A stretch of 64,000 nt of DNA. Origin: Dehalococcoidia bacterium (GTDB lineage: Bacteria > Chloroflexota > Dehalococcoidia > Bin125). The DNA lies in the NCBI GenBank assembly GCA_965247775.1, contig OZ252031.1, forward strand, positions 552,125 to 616,124. Reading direction: 5' to 3'. The translations under genes were made by a program, and so were the position numbers. Positions 29,308 through 41,280 of the stretch are shown here, in pieces. Below the pieces are notes generated by a model. It did not search any database and was not told where the DNA came from. It was given only the letters and a program-made list of their open reading frames with translations. The stretch's first letter is position 1. Every line of letters starts with the position of its first letter.

Positions 29308-30447
29308 GTGGGGGAACGGATTTACGCGAGAAGCCAAGACGGACGCCTCGAACCACTCGAGGAGCAGGCCTTCGCGACGGAGGACGATCTCCAGGCGTTG
29401 ATCGCCGATCACCCCGAGCTGCTCGACGGGAAGCAGATCCAGCCCGACAACCCCCGCCGCTGGATTCTCGTCACCCGTGAGAAGGGGATCGCCGAGTCGC
29501 CCGGAGCGAGCCACCGCTGGGCGGTGGATCACCTGGTCGTCGACCAGGACGCGGTGCCGACCTTGGTCGAGGTGAAGCGCGCCTCGAATCCCGAGATCCG
29601 CCGGACCATCGTCGGCCAGATGCTGGAGTACGCGGCGCACGCGGCAGTGACCTGGACGAAGGACGAGTTGCGCCGGGCCTTCGAGCAATCATCCCGGGAC
29701 CAGGACCGCGACCCCGATCAGGTGCTCGGGGAGCTGCTAGGGCCGGACGAAGACGTGGACACGGATCGGTTCTGGGACGAGGTTGCCCGCAACCTCGCGG
29801 CGAAGCGCCTCCGGCTGCTCTTCGTCGCGGACGGGATTCCGGAACCCCTTGAGCGTGTCGTCGCGTTCCTGAACGCGCAGATGTCCGGGATCGAGGTCCT
29901 CGCGGTGGAGGTGAAGCAGTTCCGGGGCTCGCAGACCCAGACGCTGGTGCCGCGCGTCCTCGGAAGGACGGCGGCATCCCCTGCCGCCGGCTCAGCGCCG
30001 CGATTGACGAGGGAGAAGTTTCTGGGCGACTTCGGCAGCGAAATACAACAGAAGGCGGCGGCGCAGCTGCTGGATGCGGCGAAGGGCGCCGGCGCCACGT
30101 TCGAATGGGGTCCGAGCGGCGTCAGCGTCCGCGTCCCGTGCCCGCTCTGGCCCCAACCGGTCACGGTCGCCTGGATCTATCCTCCCTCGACATCCGAGAA
30201 GGGCTGGATGAAGACCCGGGCGTTCACCTTTGGGGCGGCGATCCTCGAGAGTGACCCGGACGAGCGACTGCGGGCCATCCTGCAGCGCTGGGTGGGACAG
30301 TTCGAGGGCGATCCCTTCGCCGATGCGTCGAGCAAGGGGGTGCAGGCGCGGTCGATCGACCATGCGGAGGCCGTCGGCCAAGTCGAGCGACTGACAGCAC
30401 TCCTCGCGGGTGTCATCTCCGATATCCGATCGCTGGAAGCGAGATGA
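29308..30447 (+). CDS. PD-(D/E)xK nuclease-like protein (NucS/DUF91-like core) with a C-terminal extension
   Basis: ORF track 29152..30447. GTG 29308 lies 7 nt after GGAGG. Carries RWAVDHLVVDQDAVPTLVEVKRASNPEIRRTIVGQMLEYAA (a D...EVK nuclease motif) and LLFVADGIPEPLERVVAFLNAQM. Confidence 0.6.
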   Translation: MGERIYARSQDGRLEPLEEQAFATEDDLQALIADHPELLDGKQIQPDNPRRWILVTREKGIAESPGASHRWAVDHLVVDQDAVPTLVEVKRASNPEIRRTIVGQMLEYAAHAAVTWTKDELRRAFEQSSRDQDRDPDQVLGELLGPDEDVDTDRFWDEVARNLAAKRLRLLFVADGIPEPLERVVAFLNAQMSGIEVLAVEVKQFRGSQTQTLVPRVLGRTAASPAAGSAPRLTREKFLGDFGSEIQQKAAAQLLDAAKGAGATFEWGPSGVSVRVPCPLWPQPVTVAWIYPPSTSEKGWMKTRAFTFGAAILESDPDERLRAILQRWVGQFEGDPFADASSKGVQARSIDHAEAVGQVERLTALLAGVISDIRSLEAR

Positions 30448-30561
30448 AGCGTGCGGCGTACCTGGACGATCCCCACGTTCGCAGCTTCCTCGACTGGGCG
30501 GCGCCGCTAGCTGCCGGCAAGCGGCCTCTCTGGCATCGCTGGCGAAGAGGGCTTCGACAGA

Positions 30562-33500
30562 GTGCCCAAGCCTGTGTTCAGGCGTACGCCCACGCGGGCA
30601 GCGGTCGCGCATTATCATCCCTCACGGCGCGCGCGAGACTGCGGCGTCGGCCCTCGCCTGCGTCTCTGCACTCGTGTCTCCGTACAAACTAGGCGTGAAT
30701 CGAGTTGCGACATTCTCGACAATTTCCCTCCCGGAGTCGCTTCTGACATCCGGCACTCGAGGTACGCGAGTTGGAACGCGGCAATCTCCGGGTACTATTT
30801 CGGTGGAAAATGGTCAGGTCGGCCTGTATATCTCGACCTAGAACCTGACGCGCTTCATAAACTCTCGGTAATGGCCGGAGAGGCCGGCGATCCTGAGACG
30901 GCGTTCGCCGACGCGGTGATCGAGACACTCGAGCTTTCCGCAGCTGGGCCGAGCGTCTTCAGACGGCATCGCGAGGCGTGCTCTGCCTGGATGGTGGGGG
31001 GGCGCATTACCCCTCCTCCGTTCCTAGCCATCTTGGCCCTCTTTTCGATAGTCGCAGAACGGATGCGCTCCGACGATCAGTTTCGTGCGAACAACTACTA
31101 TGGGCGGCTCGCCCAGGCCCTGCGGGTCAGAGACACATCCGTCCGCTGTAAGCTCGAGCGTGACTTCCGACACGACAGCAGTCTTCTATGGGATGGCCTT
31201 AACTCATGGCTGCTACTCAAGGAAGGTCGCCTCGGCTTGCCGACCGCTTTCGCGTTCGACTGGCGGTCTCACATCGGAAGGCCGATGTCTCAGGCACTTG
31301 TATCTGACCAAGATCGGCGACGTTTCAAAGAGGCCTTCAGTGATTTCGGACTTGATCCAGGTCCAGTCGCGCTAACGGAGATGGAGGAGCTACTCGATGG
31401 TTGGCTGCCTCTCTCCTCTGCGTCGGCATCGCTAGAGGGGCTCTGGGGAGTTCGAGACGCTCGTGAACGCATCACTGCTGTCGCCTGCTTGGAACTCGAG
31501 GCTTGGGATGGTCTTCGTGAATCGCAATTCTCGCCGACCGCCGACCTACCGATTCGACTCGTGGGCAGTCTGATCCAGATGCCTCCACCGCGGCTTGAAC
31601 TCGGCCTTAGAGTGAGGTCTCTCGAAGGGGCTCCCGTCGGTTCCTACATGTTGGCGACCGATCATCGTGCCCCAAATGAGGCCGGCGTACTCAGGGGCCC
31701 GGAATCGCCGATAGAACTCATCGAGTCGTCCCTGGAGACATGGTACAAATTCGACGATCAAGACCGAGTCTCGATCCCCGACGCTCTAATTCAGCACGTG
31801 CGACTTGAGTCGAGCGACCAACAACGCCCTGCGGTTACAAGAGCACCGAAGCGCTTAATCACACTGCTCTTCGATCCGGAGGCTCGATGGTACCGGGAAG
31901 TCCCGCGAGCGCGGCTCGGTGAGCGGCACCTGCTGATCGGTCACAGCTCCCTCCAGAAAGCGCTGGAGGCGGTCCTCGACAAGGTTGCTCTCCCAGGCTG
32001 GCAACTACACACCGCCGGTGAACTTGCCGGTTGCCCGGTCGACTGGATCGTGGTGTCCGACGTGCGCATCGGAACTGTGGCCGACGACTGCACTTACGAC
32101 GACGACACTCAGCAGCTGTATCCACTCGGAACTGCGAGCGTGTCGCTCGATGGTGGGTTCCGCATGCCCGGTCGATCAACGTTCCACCGCGATCGGCCCC
32201 CGCGAGCAATCGTGACCCTTGTTGGCGGGCAGCGCGGCAGACTGCACCTAGTGCCCGTCCACTCCACTGACGACGCCACTGGAAGGTTCCTTGGAACCCA
32301 CGAGGCAGTCGCTGAGATTGACCTCGGCGAACTGGGAGCGGTGGAGCATGGTAAGTACCGCCTTGCCTTGGTCGCTGAGAGGGTCCGAGATCGAGATGGG
32401 GCGCTTCTCTACAGCGCTCCTGCTCGATTCGTGAGTGCGGCGGCCGCTCAAATCGAGAGTCGGCCGCGCCTCGCGCATGCTCTGGAGTCAGATCCCCTGG
32501 GTGCGCTTGGTGCCTGCGAGTCCTGGGAGGGGGCAGGCGCGACAGTAGCCGGAGCCCGAACCGACTGCTCAATGACTCCCGGATCCACTGAGGGCCCTCT
32601 CCCACCCGCCGAGTTGGGCGCCCTAGCGCAAGTGGAACCGGACGATGTGTGGTTCTCGCAGGTCGCCGTCAGGGCCTCGCGCTCCTCTGGGACGAGCTGT
32701 CTTCTGGGCTCGCACCACTGGATGCTAGAGTCCGTTCCACCCGGGTCTCGACGGCCTGTGCACGGGGAGTGCCGGAATTGCGGAGCGGAGCGGTGGCACG
32801 GCCGACGGCGTCCACGGCACGCCTCTATCCGCAAGGTGGTCCGCAAGCAGGCAGCCCGCTCGCTCCCTCGCCTTGCCACTCGGGCCGAGGAGGCAGACTT
32901 CGCCTTGCTCATCGACGCGTTGACGTGGTTGGGAGGGGGGCCTTGGGATTCCTTCGCGAGACTGGCATCACAGATAGATGACTCTCCTTGGTTCCCGATG
33001 GAGGCTGCAAGGGATCTGTCGGCACTAGGCCATCTGGACATTGAGTTGGACCCGGCGACGCTGAGGCCACGGTCCTGGTCGATCGCGCCCCCAACTCTGG
33101 CGATGACGAGCTCCGGAACGGCAGTCCTCTGTGGCGCGCGGATCCCATCGCTGACCGAGGCCATCTGCGAGGATGCAAGGAGCCTCGGAGCGGAGATCGT
33201 GGACGAGCTGTCAGCACGTGGCTTGCGGACGATTGGGATCAAGGGGCTTCCAGTGGATGATGTCCACCTGCTCGCCTCAGTGGTCTCAACTGATCAGGCC
33301 GATGTTGGTGTCTCGGTCCAGCCCGCCCTCCAGATTCTCGACAACCTCCCGCCGGTGTCTGAGATCGCAAGTGCGTTGCCAGAGACCCAGTTGCCGGCCG
33401 GCGTCGACTTCTGGAGGTGGGCGCCTGAGAGTCGAAAGTGGACCGAGGTTGGGAGAGTAGGAGAGCTGGGCGTCTTCAGGTTTAGGACGTCACCTGCGCG

Positions 33501-33783
33501 CTTTGGCTTCCGTCGTGCGTCGGGCAGCTCTGGCATGCGCACAGTCGACTCCCGACTCGGGAAGCTGCTCGCAGCTGTCGAGGCTGGAGTTTCTCCTGTT
33601 GCGTACGACCCCGGGACCGCGCGTCTGTTCGCAGCGAGAGGGGCGCAGCTTCCTGGACTCTACGAGCGTGCGATCGTCCTCTGCTCGGGGCACTTGCCAA
33701 CGGACGTAGACGGTCTGGCGGTCGCGTATCGCGAGGTCCCCGAGACTGTCGCGCGCCTACTCTGGTCCAAGCTGTCGGCGTAG
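30562..33783 (+). CDS. Large unknown protein (up to 1073 aa), positional partner of the helicase (DruH-like / DrmE-like candidate); start uncertain
   Basis: Uninterrupted ORF ending 13 nt before the helicase start. No motif recognised except a CxxC ([14 protein letters not shown]). The first approx. 40 codons are Arg-rich and look non-coding. Confidence 0.6.
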   Translation: MPKPVFRRTPTRAAVAHYHPSRRARDCGVGPRLRLCTRVSVQTRRESSCDILDNFPPGVASDIRHSRYASWNAAISGYYFGGKWSGRPVYLDLEPDALHKLSVMAGEAGDPETAFADAVIETLELSAAGPSVFRRHREACSAWMVGGRITPPPFLAILALFSIVAERMRSDDQFRANNYYGRLAQALRVRDTSVRCKLERDFRHDSSLLWDGLNSWLLLKEGRLGLPTAFAFDWRSHIGRPMSQALVSDQDRRRFKEAFSDFGLDPGPVALTEMEELLDGWLPLSSASASLEGLWGVRDARERITAVACLELEAWDGLRESQFSPTADLPIRLVGSLIQMPPPRLELGLRVRSLEGAPVGSYMLATDHRAPNEAGVLRGPESPIELIESSLETWYKFDDQDRVSIPDALIQHVRLESSDQQRPAVTRAPKRLITLLFDPEARWYREVPRARLGERHLLIGHSSLQKALEAVLDKVALPGWQLHTAGELAGCPVDWIVVSDVRIGTVADDCTYDDDTQQLYPLGTASVSLDGGFRMPGRSTFHRDRPPRAIVTLVGGQRGRLHLVPVHSTDDATGRFLGTHEAVAEIDLGELGAVEHGKYRLALVAERVRDRDGALLYSAPARFVSAAAAQIESRPRLAHALESDPLGALGACESWEGAGATVAGARTDCSMTPGSTEGPLPPAELGALAQVEPDDVWFSQVAVRASRSSGTSCLLGSHHWMLESVPPGSRRPVHGECRNCGAERWHGRRRPRHASIRKVVRKQAARSLPRLATRAEEADFALLIDALTWLGGGPWDSFARLASQIDDSPWFPMEAARDLSALGHLDIELDPATLRPRSWSIAPPTLAMTSSGTAVLCGARIPSLTEAICEDARSLGAEIVDELSARGLRTIGIKGLPVDDVHLLASVVSTDQADVGVSVQPALQILDNLPPVSEIASALPETQLPAGVDFWRWAPESRKWTEVGRVGELGVFRFRTSPARFGFRRASGSSGMRTVDSRLGKLLAAVEAGVSPVAYDPGTARLFAARGAQLPGLYERAIVLCSGHLPTDVDGLAVAYREVPETVARLLWSKLSA

Positions 33784-33796
33784 GGAGGACGTTTAC

Positions 33797-36700
33797 GTGG
33801 TGTTGGGCCCATTGCGTGTCTACGAGGCGATCAAGGAGGGCTACCTCAGGTACTTCGAGACGGCATTCTGGGTACGGGATTCAGCAATTCGGGCAGAGCG
33901 GGCGCAACTGCTCCAGGGCGACAGCCGGTACTTCACCGAGCCCTTGATCGAGCCGGTCCTTCCATACGAGCCACGAGACAGCATCGCTGAAGTTGCGGAC
34001 GCTCTCGACCTGCCGCATCAGATCGCTACGGAGCTCGCCCACATTGTCTTCGGCGAGGGGCCAGACTTCCCGCTGTTCGATCACCAGCGAGAGGCGCTCA
34101 CATCATCGATGGGGCCACCGACCGACGGTTCGAACCCTGTTGTCACGGCCGGGACGGGAGCGGGGAAGACGGAGTGTTTCTTACTTCCGATCTTCGCGAG
34201 GCTTCTGCTCGAGAAGCGAGTCGATGACTCAGGATCGGAGACTCGCTGGTGGGGCGCTGGATTCACTGGTTCGTGGCGCGATGTTCGGAGCGAAGCAGCA
34301 CGACCCGCCGCAGTTCGTGCGATGATCCTCTACCCAACAAACGCCCTCGTCGAGGATCAGATGACGAGGCTACGCTCCGCTGTTCGACGCGCGCGCACGA
34401 TGCGAGAGCCCCTTTCGGTCTACTTCGGGCGCTATACGGGCGCTACGGAGGGAGCGCAAGACTCGCCATCTACAGTCGGAGTGCCGCGCGCGAGGGAAGC
34501 CTCGCTGACGCTCAGAAGTCACGAGAGGGACGTTGACCAGCTACACGAGCCGGCCGACGAACTCCTCGACGAACTGCCGGACCCCCGCGAGGGTGAGTTG
34601 CTCACTCGCTGGGACATGATCGAGTCACCGCCCGACATCCTTGTCACAAACTTCTCGATGCTCAACGTGATCATGATGCGAGAGCGCGAGGAGAGCATCT
34701 TCGATAAGACTGCTCAGTGGCTTGCAGAGGATCGTCAGCGCGTCTTCACGCTGGTTGTTGATGAGCTTCATCTCTATCGAGGCACGCAGGGAAGCGAAGT
34801 TGCTCTTGTCATACGGAATCTGCTTAGGCGACTCGGGCTGAGTCCAGACTCACCACAGCTTCGGTGTATTGGGACCTCGGCATCACTCGACGCCACAGCC
34901 TTGGAGTTCCTCGAGCAGTTCTTCGGCGTCCAAAGGTCTCGGTTCAGAGTGATCGCGGGGAGCCCCGTCGAGATCATGCCCTCTGGGTCGATCCCGCTTG
35001 AGGCCGCATTGGAAGCGGTGGACTCTATCGAAGCCCGCACTCGGCTCGCCAGAGAGCTCGACCTTCCAATGGCGCTCGCCAATGCGTCCCTCAACGATGG
35101 CGGGCAAGTCACCCCCCGTCCTGTACCTGAGCTCGCCAAGTCAGCCTTCCCTGATGCGGAAGAGGAGGAGGGCATTCGAGCGCTCGAGGGTGTTCTTGCA
35201 GCGATCGAGGAGTCCCCAGGTGGCGACCTCTCGACGATTCGCTTCAGAGTGCACATGTTCCTTCGGAACGTTAGAGGGCTCTGGGCCTGCTCCAACCCGG
35301 CGTGCGATAAAATCGGGGAGTATGCGTCGGATGAGCGTCGGATCGGCAAGCTCTACGCGCGTCCGGCTGATACGTGCGCGTGCGGCGGTCGCGTGCTCGA
35401 GCTTCTCTACTGCTATCAGTGCGGAGATGTCTCGCTCGGGGGCTATTCCACCCCATCTAGCAATGCCGCGAGCGGAGCCCCTGATCACTGGTACCTGTCA
35501 CCGACACCCGGCGGCGCACAGGACCTCCCCCGCCAGGACTTCGTCTTCAAGCGAGCATGGGGCGAGTTCATGTGGTACCGGCCAGCGCGAACTCGCCCAA
35601 GCCAGAGGAATAGCTGGGAGCACACGCCCCCGGAAGAGAACTCACTGACCTTCCGGTTCGTGGACGCTGTCCTCGACCCCATCACGGGCCTCTTGCGCCC
35701 CGCGCCCATCGGGGGTGCCACGGGGACCATGCTCTCTGCACCTCCGATGTCCGAGGGCTCAGGCAGAGTACCCGCCTTGCCGCAGCGATGCCCGAACTGC
35801 CTCCAAGAGGGCTGGAATCGGGACCCGGAGACCTTCTTCCGGGGAGTGGTCCGAAGCGAGATCCGAGCTCACACGATGGGCGTAGCTGTGACGGGGCAAG
35901 TAATCGCTGACCGTCTCATCGCGTCCCTAGACCTCCCTCGGGACGAGCCCCAGACGATCGTCTTCACCGACAGTCGGAACGATGCTGCAACAACGTCCGG
36001 TGGCTTGGAACTGAACCACTTCCGCGACCTCGTCCGCCAGCTCCTAGTCGGCGCGGTGGGCGAATCCGAGTCTCCCGCGAAGCTTCTAGCACGTGCAGCG
36101 GCAGGCGACAGTCAGGACGACGACCGGACCGCGAGCCTGAAGCAGAGCTTCCCAAATGAGTGGGGTGCATACCTACTCCGCGCTCGCGGTGCGGCAACCG
36201 ATGCAGACCTTGCTCGGCTCCAGGAGTTCGAGCAAGGGTCCGCAGGTTCGGGAGCTGCCGCCTGGGGAGCGTTACTCCTCGGACTTGAACGCCGGCTGGT
36301 GTCATTGGGTGTAAATCCCTTCGGCCCAGGTCCATCGGTTCGGGCATGGGGCAATGAGGACTGGTGGAGGATCTACGAGGCCCCCGCGGGTGAGTGGATC
36401 ACACTCGACCCGGAGCTCGTGCAGCTTGCTGGCGGTGAGAAGCTCCGACGGATTGCCCGACACCTTGGCGACGCCGTATTTGACCGCGCGGGCCGTGACG
36501 CTGAGTCCATCGGCCTTGGCGTTGTGCGACCGCGCGTGGCCAAGAACGATCTCGCCATAGAGCGAGGCGAGTGGCTGTCGCTGTGCTCGAGCGCCGTGCG
36601 GATCCTCGGGCTATCCAGGAGGTACGGGGGACTCCGCGAGGGAAGGCCTAACTGCCCACGGGTCCTCGCAGGCTATCTTGAGCGAGTGGGCTCCCGGCTC

Positions 36701-39169
36701 GGGATCGATCCCAGCCAACTTGAGCAAGAGGTGAAGCGTGCGCTCGTGGATGCTGGCGCAGTGGACGACTGGTGGCTCCTGCAACTCACCCAGGTAAACG
36801 CCGGGCTCGCCTTCGAGCTGTCGGAGGAAGGGCAGGATGCGTACCGATGTCGCCGGTGCGCGCGCGTCCACCACGACAACCCCCTCGGTGTTTGCACCAC
36901 CGAGGCTTGCGCTTCGTCAGAGTTCGAGACATTCGCCCTGGACAGGACAAGCGACTACTACTCGTGGCTGGCCCTCCAGCCAGCACGCCGGCTTCGCGTC
37001 GAAGAGCTGACCGGCCAAACCGATAGAGAGGAGCAGAGGCTTCGGCAACGCCGATTCAAGCGACTGCTGCTCGAGGACGAGATCGAGCTAACGCAAGGGC
37101 TTGATGTGCTGAGCGTGACGACAACGATGGAAGTCGGGATAGACATCGGCGCGCTCTCATCGGTTCTGATGGCGAACATGCCGCCCGAGAGATTCAACTA
37201 CCAGCAGCGGGTCGGCCGCGCCGGACGTACAGGACAGCCATTCTCATACGCCGTGACCCTCTGCCGGGAGCGGACGCACGATGATTTCCACTTCCAACGA
37301 CTTCACCGGATGACCGCCGCGCCTCCACCCCAGCCGTACCTGGAAGTTAGCCGGCTGCCCCTGGTCAAACGCGTGGTGGCGGCCGAAGCACTACGCCGAG
37401 CTTTTCGGTCCATGCCGCCGGGATCACGGCCAAGACCGGGTCGAGACAGCATCCACGGCACGTTCGGAGCGACAGCCGACTGGGCCACGCTCTATAGGAC
37501 AGACGTTGAGCACTGGCTCGCGGCATCCGAGGAGCACGCCGATCTCGCTGCTGGCCTAGCGGCCTACACGGGGCTCGAGCACGACGGCCAGGCGGAGATC
37601 GTGAGTTGGCTTCGAAGTGGGCTGGTCGATGACGTCGACGAGGCCGTCCAGAGCGATGCATTCCGAAGTCGGGAGCTGAGTCAGCAGCTGGCCTCAGCCG
37701 CGGTCCTTCCGATGTTCGGATTCCCATCTACGATTCGCCCCCTGTACTACAGGGCCCCGGAGAGTCTCCGCGATGACGAGCAGGCGCAGGTGGCAGACCG
37801 ACCTTTGGACCTCGCAGTCTCGCTCTTCGCTCCAGGATCGGAGATTGTGAAAGACAAGCGCTTGCACGTGAGCGGCGGCTTCGCGGCCTGGGACTTCCGG
37901 GGTAACCAGGCCGTACCCGTGGCAGAGCCGCTCGGCGCTCCGATGCGCATCAGACGATGCACCAACTGTGGCTCGATAGAGCCCTCTACTGATGAAGACA
38001 GCCCGTGTCAGGTCTGCGACACGTTGTGCGACTCGGTGAATCTGTTCCAGCCGATCGGGTTTGCGACGACCTCGTTGCTTGGAGGGCAACCGGCGCGCGA
38101 CTTCGACGATCAGCCCGACATGGGACCACTGCTGTCGCCTCCTCAGCTCGCCTTCGGTTCCGACGCGGAGTCCGAGTCCCAGTTTGGGGTAGGTCGAGTG
38201 GAGAGCCTGCGCGGAGCCGATGTGTACTCGATCAACGACAACGACAAGAAGCAGTTCGAGTTCTACGCGAACGGGTCGAGGGTTGTGGTTCCCGATCGCT
38301 CCCTCTACCGAGAGGACCAGGCCCCCCCATTCGGGGCGACGGACCCCTCAGCGGTAGGCTCGATTGGCTCCGTCCGACGAACAGACGTCATGAGGATCTC
38401 ATTCGATGGCATCCCTACGCTAGGTCCGCCGAATCAAGTGATTGGCGTACATGACCGCATGCCGGGCGGAAAAGCAGCGCTGTGGTCATTTGCCGAGGCC
38501 GTTCGAATCGCAGCAGCCGCTGTTCTGGGGGTCGACCCGACCGAGCTTCAAGCCGGAGTTCAACCGTATCGAGTTCATGAGGAGGTGACCGGACGTGTGT
38601 TCCTCGCGGATACCCTCGAGAACGGTGCCGGCTACTCGACCCACCTGGCGACCGAAGAGGGGGCTGCGCAAGTCCTCGAACTCCTTGTCGACGATCTTGG
38701 TCAGCGCTTCCGAGACCCCGCACACGCGAGTGAGTGCGACTCGTCGTGTCAAGATTGCCTGAGAGGATGGGAGAACCGTCAACTTCACCCACGGCTGCAC
38801 TGGAGACTTGCACTCGACGTGGCCGAGGCGGTCAGCGGTCACGCCCTCAGCTTTGAGAAGTGGCGACCACTGGTTTCGAAGCGGGTTGACGCCTTCCTGA
38901 GGGGCTTCGCTGAACCACTCCCTGAGCTCGAGGCAGTCGACGCCGAGGGCCTGCCGGCAATAGTGGATCGGAAGACCGGTCGCGCAGCGATCATCGGACA
39001 CCCTCTTTGGCGGTCCGACCAGAAATTCTGGAGTGCGCCTCAGGCAGTGGCGCTCGACTTCCTCAAGCACGAGCAGAAGGTCAGGGACGTCGAAGCGCTC
39101 GACGCACTTGAGCTACTGATGCGGCCATCCGACCTATACGCGCGATTCGCAGACGCGAGGGGTGAGTGA
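33797..39169 (+). CDS. 1790-aa superfamily-2 helicase fused to a DUF1998-type zinc domain (DruE-like, or fused DrmA-DrmB-like)
   Basis: GTG 33797 after GGGAGGA. Motif [11 protein letters not shown], Ia [31 protein letters not shown]. Cys clusters CSNPACD...CACGG...CYQCG. Motifs [14 protein letters not shown]...[10 protein letters not shown]-terminal LENGAGYS...CDSSCQDCL...HPRLHW is typical of DUF1998. Confidence 0.8.
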   Translation: MVLGPLRVYEAIKEGYLRYFETAFWVRDSAIRAERAQLLQGDSRYFTEPLIEPVLPYEPRDSIAEVADALDLPHQIATELAHIVFGEGPDFPLFDHQREALTSSMGPPTDGSNPVVTAGTGAGKTECFLLPIFARLLLEKRVDDSGSETRWWGAGFTGSWRDVRSEAARPAAVRAMILYPTNALVEDQMTRLRSAVRRARTMREPLSVYFGRYTGATEGAQDSPSTVGVPRAREASLTLRSHERDVDQLHEPADELLDELPDPREGELLTRWDMIESPPDILVTNFSMLNVIMMREREESIFDKTAQWLAEDRQRVFTLVVDELHLYRGTQGSEVALVIRNLLRRLGLSPDSPQLRCIGTSASLDATALEFLEQFFGVQRSRFRVIAGSPVEIMPSGSIPLEAALEAVDSIEARTRLARELDLPMALANASLNDGGQVTPRPVPELAKSAFPDAEEEEGIRALEGVLAAIEESPGGDLSTIRFRVHMFLRNVRGLWACSNPACDKIGEYASDERRIGKLYARPADTCACGGRVLELLYCYQCGDVSLGGYSTPSSNAASGAPDHWYLSPTPGGAQDLPRQDFVFKRAWGEFMWYRPARTRPSQRNSWEHTPPEENSLTFRFVDAVLDPITGLLRPAPIGGATGTMLSAPPMSEGSGRVPALPQRCPNCLQEGWNRDPETFFRGVVRSEIRAHTMGVAVTGQVIADRLIASLDLPRDEPQTIVFTDSRNDAATTSGGLELNHFRDLVRQLLVGAVGESESPAKLLARAAAGDSQDDDRTASLKQSFPNEWGAYLLRARGAATDADLARLQEFEQGSAGSGAAAWGALLLGLERRLVSLGVNPFGPGPSVRAWGNEDWWRIYEAPAGEWITLDPELVQLAGGEKLRRIARHLGDAVFDRAGRDAESIGLGVVRPRVAKNDLAIERGEWLSLCSSAVRILGLSRRYGGLREGRPNCPRVLAGYLERVGSRLGIDPSQLEQEVKRALVDAGAVDDWWLLQLTQVNAGLAFELSEEGQDAYRCRRCARVHHDNPLGVCTTEACASSEFETFALDRTSDYYSWLALQPARRLRVEELTGQTDREEQRLRQRRFKRLLLEDEIELTQGLDVLSVTTTMEVGIDIGALSSVLMANMPPERFNYQQRVGRAGRTGQPFSYAVTLCRERTHDDFHFQRLHRMTAAPPPQPYLEVSRLPLVKRVVAAEALRRAFRSMPPGSRPRPGRDSIHGTFGATADWATLYRTDVEHWLAASEEHADLAAGLAAYTGLEHDGQAEIVSWLRSGLVDDVDEAVQSDAFRSRELSQQLASAAVLPMFGFPSTIRPLYYRAPESLRDDEQAQVADRPLDLAVSLFAPGSEIVKDKRLHVSGGFAAWDFRGNQAVPVAEPLGAPMRIRRCTNCGSIEPSTDEDSPCQVCDTLCDSVNLFQPIGFATTSLLGGQPARDFDDQPDMGPLLSPPQLAFGSDAESESQFGVGRVESLRGADVYSINDNDKKQFEFYANGSRVVVPDRSLYREDQAPPFGATDPSAVGSIGSVRRTDVMRISFDGIPTLGPPNQVIGVHDRMPGGKAALWSFAEAVRIAAAAVLGVDPTELQAGVQPYRVHEEVTGRVFLADTLENGAGYSTHLATEEGAAQVLELLVDDLGQRFRDPAHASECDSSCQDCLRGWENRQLHPRLHWRLALDVAEAVSGHALSFEKWRPLVSKRVDAFLRGFAEPLPELEAVDAEGLPAIVDRKTGRAAIIGHPLWRSDQKFWSAPQAVALDFLKHEQKVRDVEALDALELLMRPSDLYARFADARGE

Positions 39170-40281
39170 CAGTCGCCCCCCAACCGCGGCCAGATGTCTC
39201 CCGCACTCAGATGCTCTCCCCCTCGACTGCCGAGATGCTCATGAGTTGCCCTTCGAGATTCGCGTTCTCGGCGGATCCGCGCTTTCAGCCCCTCGATAGA
39301 GGGGGCCTCCCGGCGGCCTTGGGCAACGTGATCCACACTGTTGCCGAGCGTGTCGATGAGCATGAGGCGCGTGACAGTGGCGACAACGCGGACTCGTTCC
39401 TGAGCGAACTGTGGGACGACGCCGTGGCCGGCGAGGTCGGCAAGCTTGAGGCCGAAGCAAGGCTAACTCCGGTGCCGGAACCTCGCCTGTGGCCCAACTA
39501 TGAGGTTGCACGAGCTCGTTTCCTCGGCCGCCTCAGGCGCCAGTCGCGGCGCGGACCGACCGCATCGGGATTAGTGCGGGCTCCTACCAGACGAGAGGTC
39601 TGGATTTCCGCCCCTGACATGCGCTTTAAGGGTCGCATCGATCGAGTTGAGTCCGGACAGGATGGTTCCGTGACCATCGTCGACCTCAAGAGTAGCCAGG
39701 AGTATGGCGATGAGATCACAGAGCGGCATAGACGCCAACTGCTCGTGTACGCGGCGCTCTGGCACTCACAGACCGGCGAATGGCCTCGGCGAGCGGCGAT
39801 CGAACTCAGCTCGGGTGAGCGACGCTGGATGGAGATCCATCCCGCGGAGGCGCAGGAGACAGTTGAGGGCTTCCTCACACTCCTAGACGAGTTCAACGAG
39901 CGTGTCGAGCACGGGGAGGACATGACCGAGCGCGCGGTACCCAGTCCCGACAACTGCGTGCACTGCCCATTCCGCGTGGCATGCAAGCCGTTCTTCGATG
40001 CGTTGTCGCCCAAGTGGGACTGGTGGCTCGTCAGTGGTCTAGGCGAGATTCTGACTGTCACACACCAGAATCTGACGTCCATCACACTCGCCATCGACGC
40101 GACGAATCTCGAGCGTCGCGAGGATTCAACTCTGGTCCGCTTCACCGGACTGCCTCAGTCGATGGACCTAGAGCCAGGAACGCGCTTCGCCTTCGCCGAT
40201 GCCGATCGTGCGCGGACCCGCAGCGACGACCTGCGCGTTATCTTCCCAACCTCTGCTCTCAGTTGGGCCGAGTCCACGTGA
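39166..40281 (+). CDS. Cas4/RecB-like PD-(D/E)xK nuclease with Fe-S cysteines and an extra C-terminal domain
   Basis: GTG 39166 overlaps the helicase TGA (GTGA). N-terminal Cys in [16 protein letters not shown]...IVDLKSS...QLLVYAA, and the C-terminal [10 protein letters not shown]. Confidence 0.7.
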   Translation: MTVAPQPRPDVSRTQMLSPSTAEMLMSCPSRFAFSADPRFQPLDRGGLPAALGNVIHTVAERVDEHEARDSGDNADSFLSELWDDAVAGEVGKLEAEARLTPVPEPRLWPNYEVARARFLGRLRRQSRRGPTASGLVRAPTRREVWISAPDMRFKGRIDRVESGQDGSVTIVDLKSSQEYGDEITERHRRQLLVYAALWHSQTGEWPRRAAIELSSGERRWMEIHPAEAQETVEGFLTLLDEFNERVEHGEDMTERAVPSPDNCVHCPFRVACKPFFDALSPKWDWWLVSGLGEILTVTHQNLTSITLAIDATNLERREDSTLVRFTGLPQSMDLEPGTRFAFADADRARTRSDDLRVIFPTSALSWAEST

Positions 40282-40284
40282 CGG

Positions 40285-41280
40285 TCACAGGCTTGCCGAC
40301 GCTCTATGGTGCTCGAGTGCCTCACGACTCGGCCGTAGGGCAGGCGCGGCAGGCAGTGTTAGCTTGGCCCTCGTAAGCGAGGCATAGTTCGTCCCTTTCA
40401 GCCGAGCCGCCACCATGACTGCTCCGGTTGCGGAGTCGAACGCGATGAGGCCGAGATCGAAGAGCGTGTGCAAGTCGGCCCGGAGCAGGATGCCGTTACC
40501 GGGATGATCGGTCGACGGTCCGCGATAGGGAACAATGTGACACGCTTCTAGCACTTCCTGTACATCGCAGCCGGTGACGGCACACCGGCCGTCGTACGCT
40601 TCGAGGAGCTTCTGCCGGAACTCTGGTTGACCGCGTCGCCGAACAATGGAGGCAGCTACCCGCTCACGGGCATCGGGCAGACTTTCTGGGGAAAAGAAAC
40701 CCGAGTCGACAGCGTCGTCTTGCTGAGCGGCAAGCAACTCCGTCATCTGCGCCGGTGTAGGGACGCCCTCTGCCGATGGGATTCCCTCAAGCAAGAAGAA
40801 GCCCTCCTCCCATCCTGCGATAACCGCTAGACCCTCCACCTTGTATCGGGGATCTGGCGAGGGAGAAGTTTGTCGCAAGACTCCTACGGGGACCTCGTCC
40901 TCGTGACACCGCAGCAAGCCACGATTCGTATAAGCCTGACCCCGCTGCTGAGGGTCGGGTCCCTCTTGGAAGTAGCGCATGGACCAGGTCCCACGGGGGC
41001 CTGGTTGCCGCTCTCCATCGGGGTAGGGACTATCAAGGGTTGTCCGTACGCTGAGGGCGTACTCAGTCCACGCTGGCTTGTAGATCCCCTTGGCCCTCGT
41101 AGCTAGGAACGTCCCGTCGGGTAGCGGATCAGGCCACGAGACCTCAGTGCCAGCGCTTTGAGCGAACCAGAGGAGGGCTTGACGATGGTGGTCCGGAAGT
41201 CGGTTGAGGAGGTCGTCAATAGCCACTTGGCGCAGCACATCCGACGGCCATTGTGGAGGCCTTTCCATACTCACAGTCAC
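40285..41280 (-). CDS. HNH endonuclease with an N-terminal SRA/YDG-like domain (candidate modification-reading nuclease)
   Basis: C-terminus YDGRCAVTGCDVQEVLEACHIVPY...NGILLRADLHTLFDLGLI (HNH). N-terminus AKGIYKP...WSMRYFQE...TNRGLL...VPVGVLRQ...RYKVEGLAVIAGWEEGFFLLEG resembles SRA-fold readers. The stop is 3 nt from the Cas4-like stop. Confidence 0.65.
   Translation of the reverse strand: MTVSMERPPQWPSDVLRQVAIDDLLNRLPDHHRQALLWFAQSAGTEVSWPDPLPDGTFLATRAKGIYKPAWTEYALSVRTTLDSPYPDGERQPGPRGTWSMRYFQEGPDPQQRGQAYTNRGLLRCHEDEVPVGVLRQTSPSPDPRYKVEGLAVIAGWEEGFFLLEGIPSAEGVPTPAQMTELLAAQQDDAVDSGFFSPESLPDARERVAASIVRRRGQPEFRQKLLEAYDGRCAVTGCDVQEVLEACHIVPYRGPSTDHPGNGILLRADLHTLFDLGLIAFDSATGAVMVAARLKGTNYASLTRAKLTLPAAPALRPSREALEHHRASASL

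Noticed and set aside
29308-30447. Calling the NucS-like protein the restriction partner of the Dcm methyltransferase
   Set aside because: It lies 11 kb away on the other strand, separated by the helicase operon. The HNH gene is the one co-operonic with dcm.
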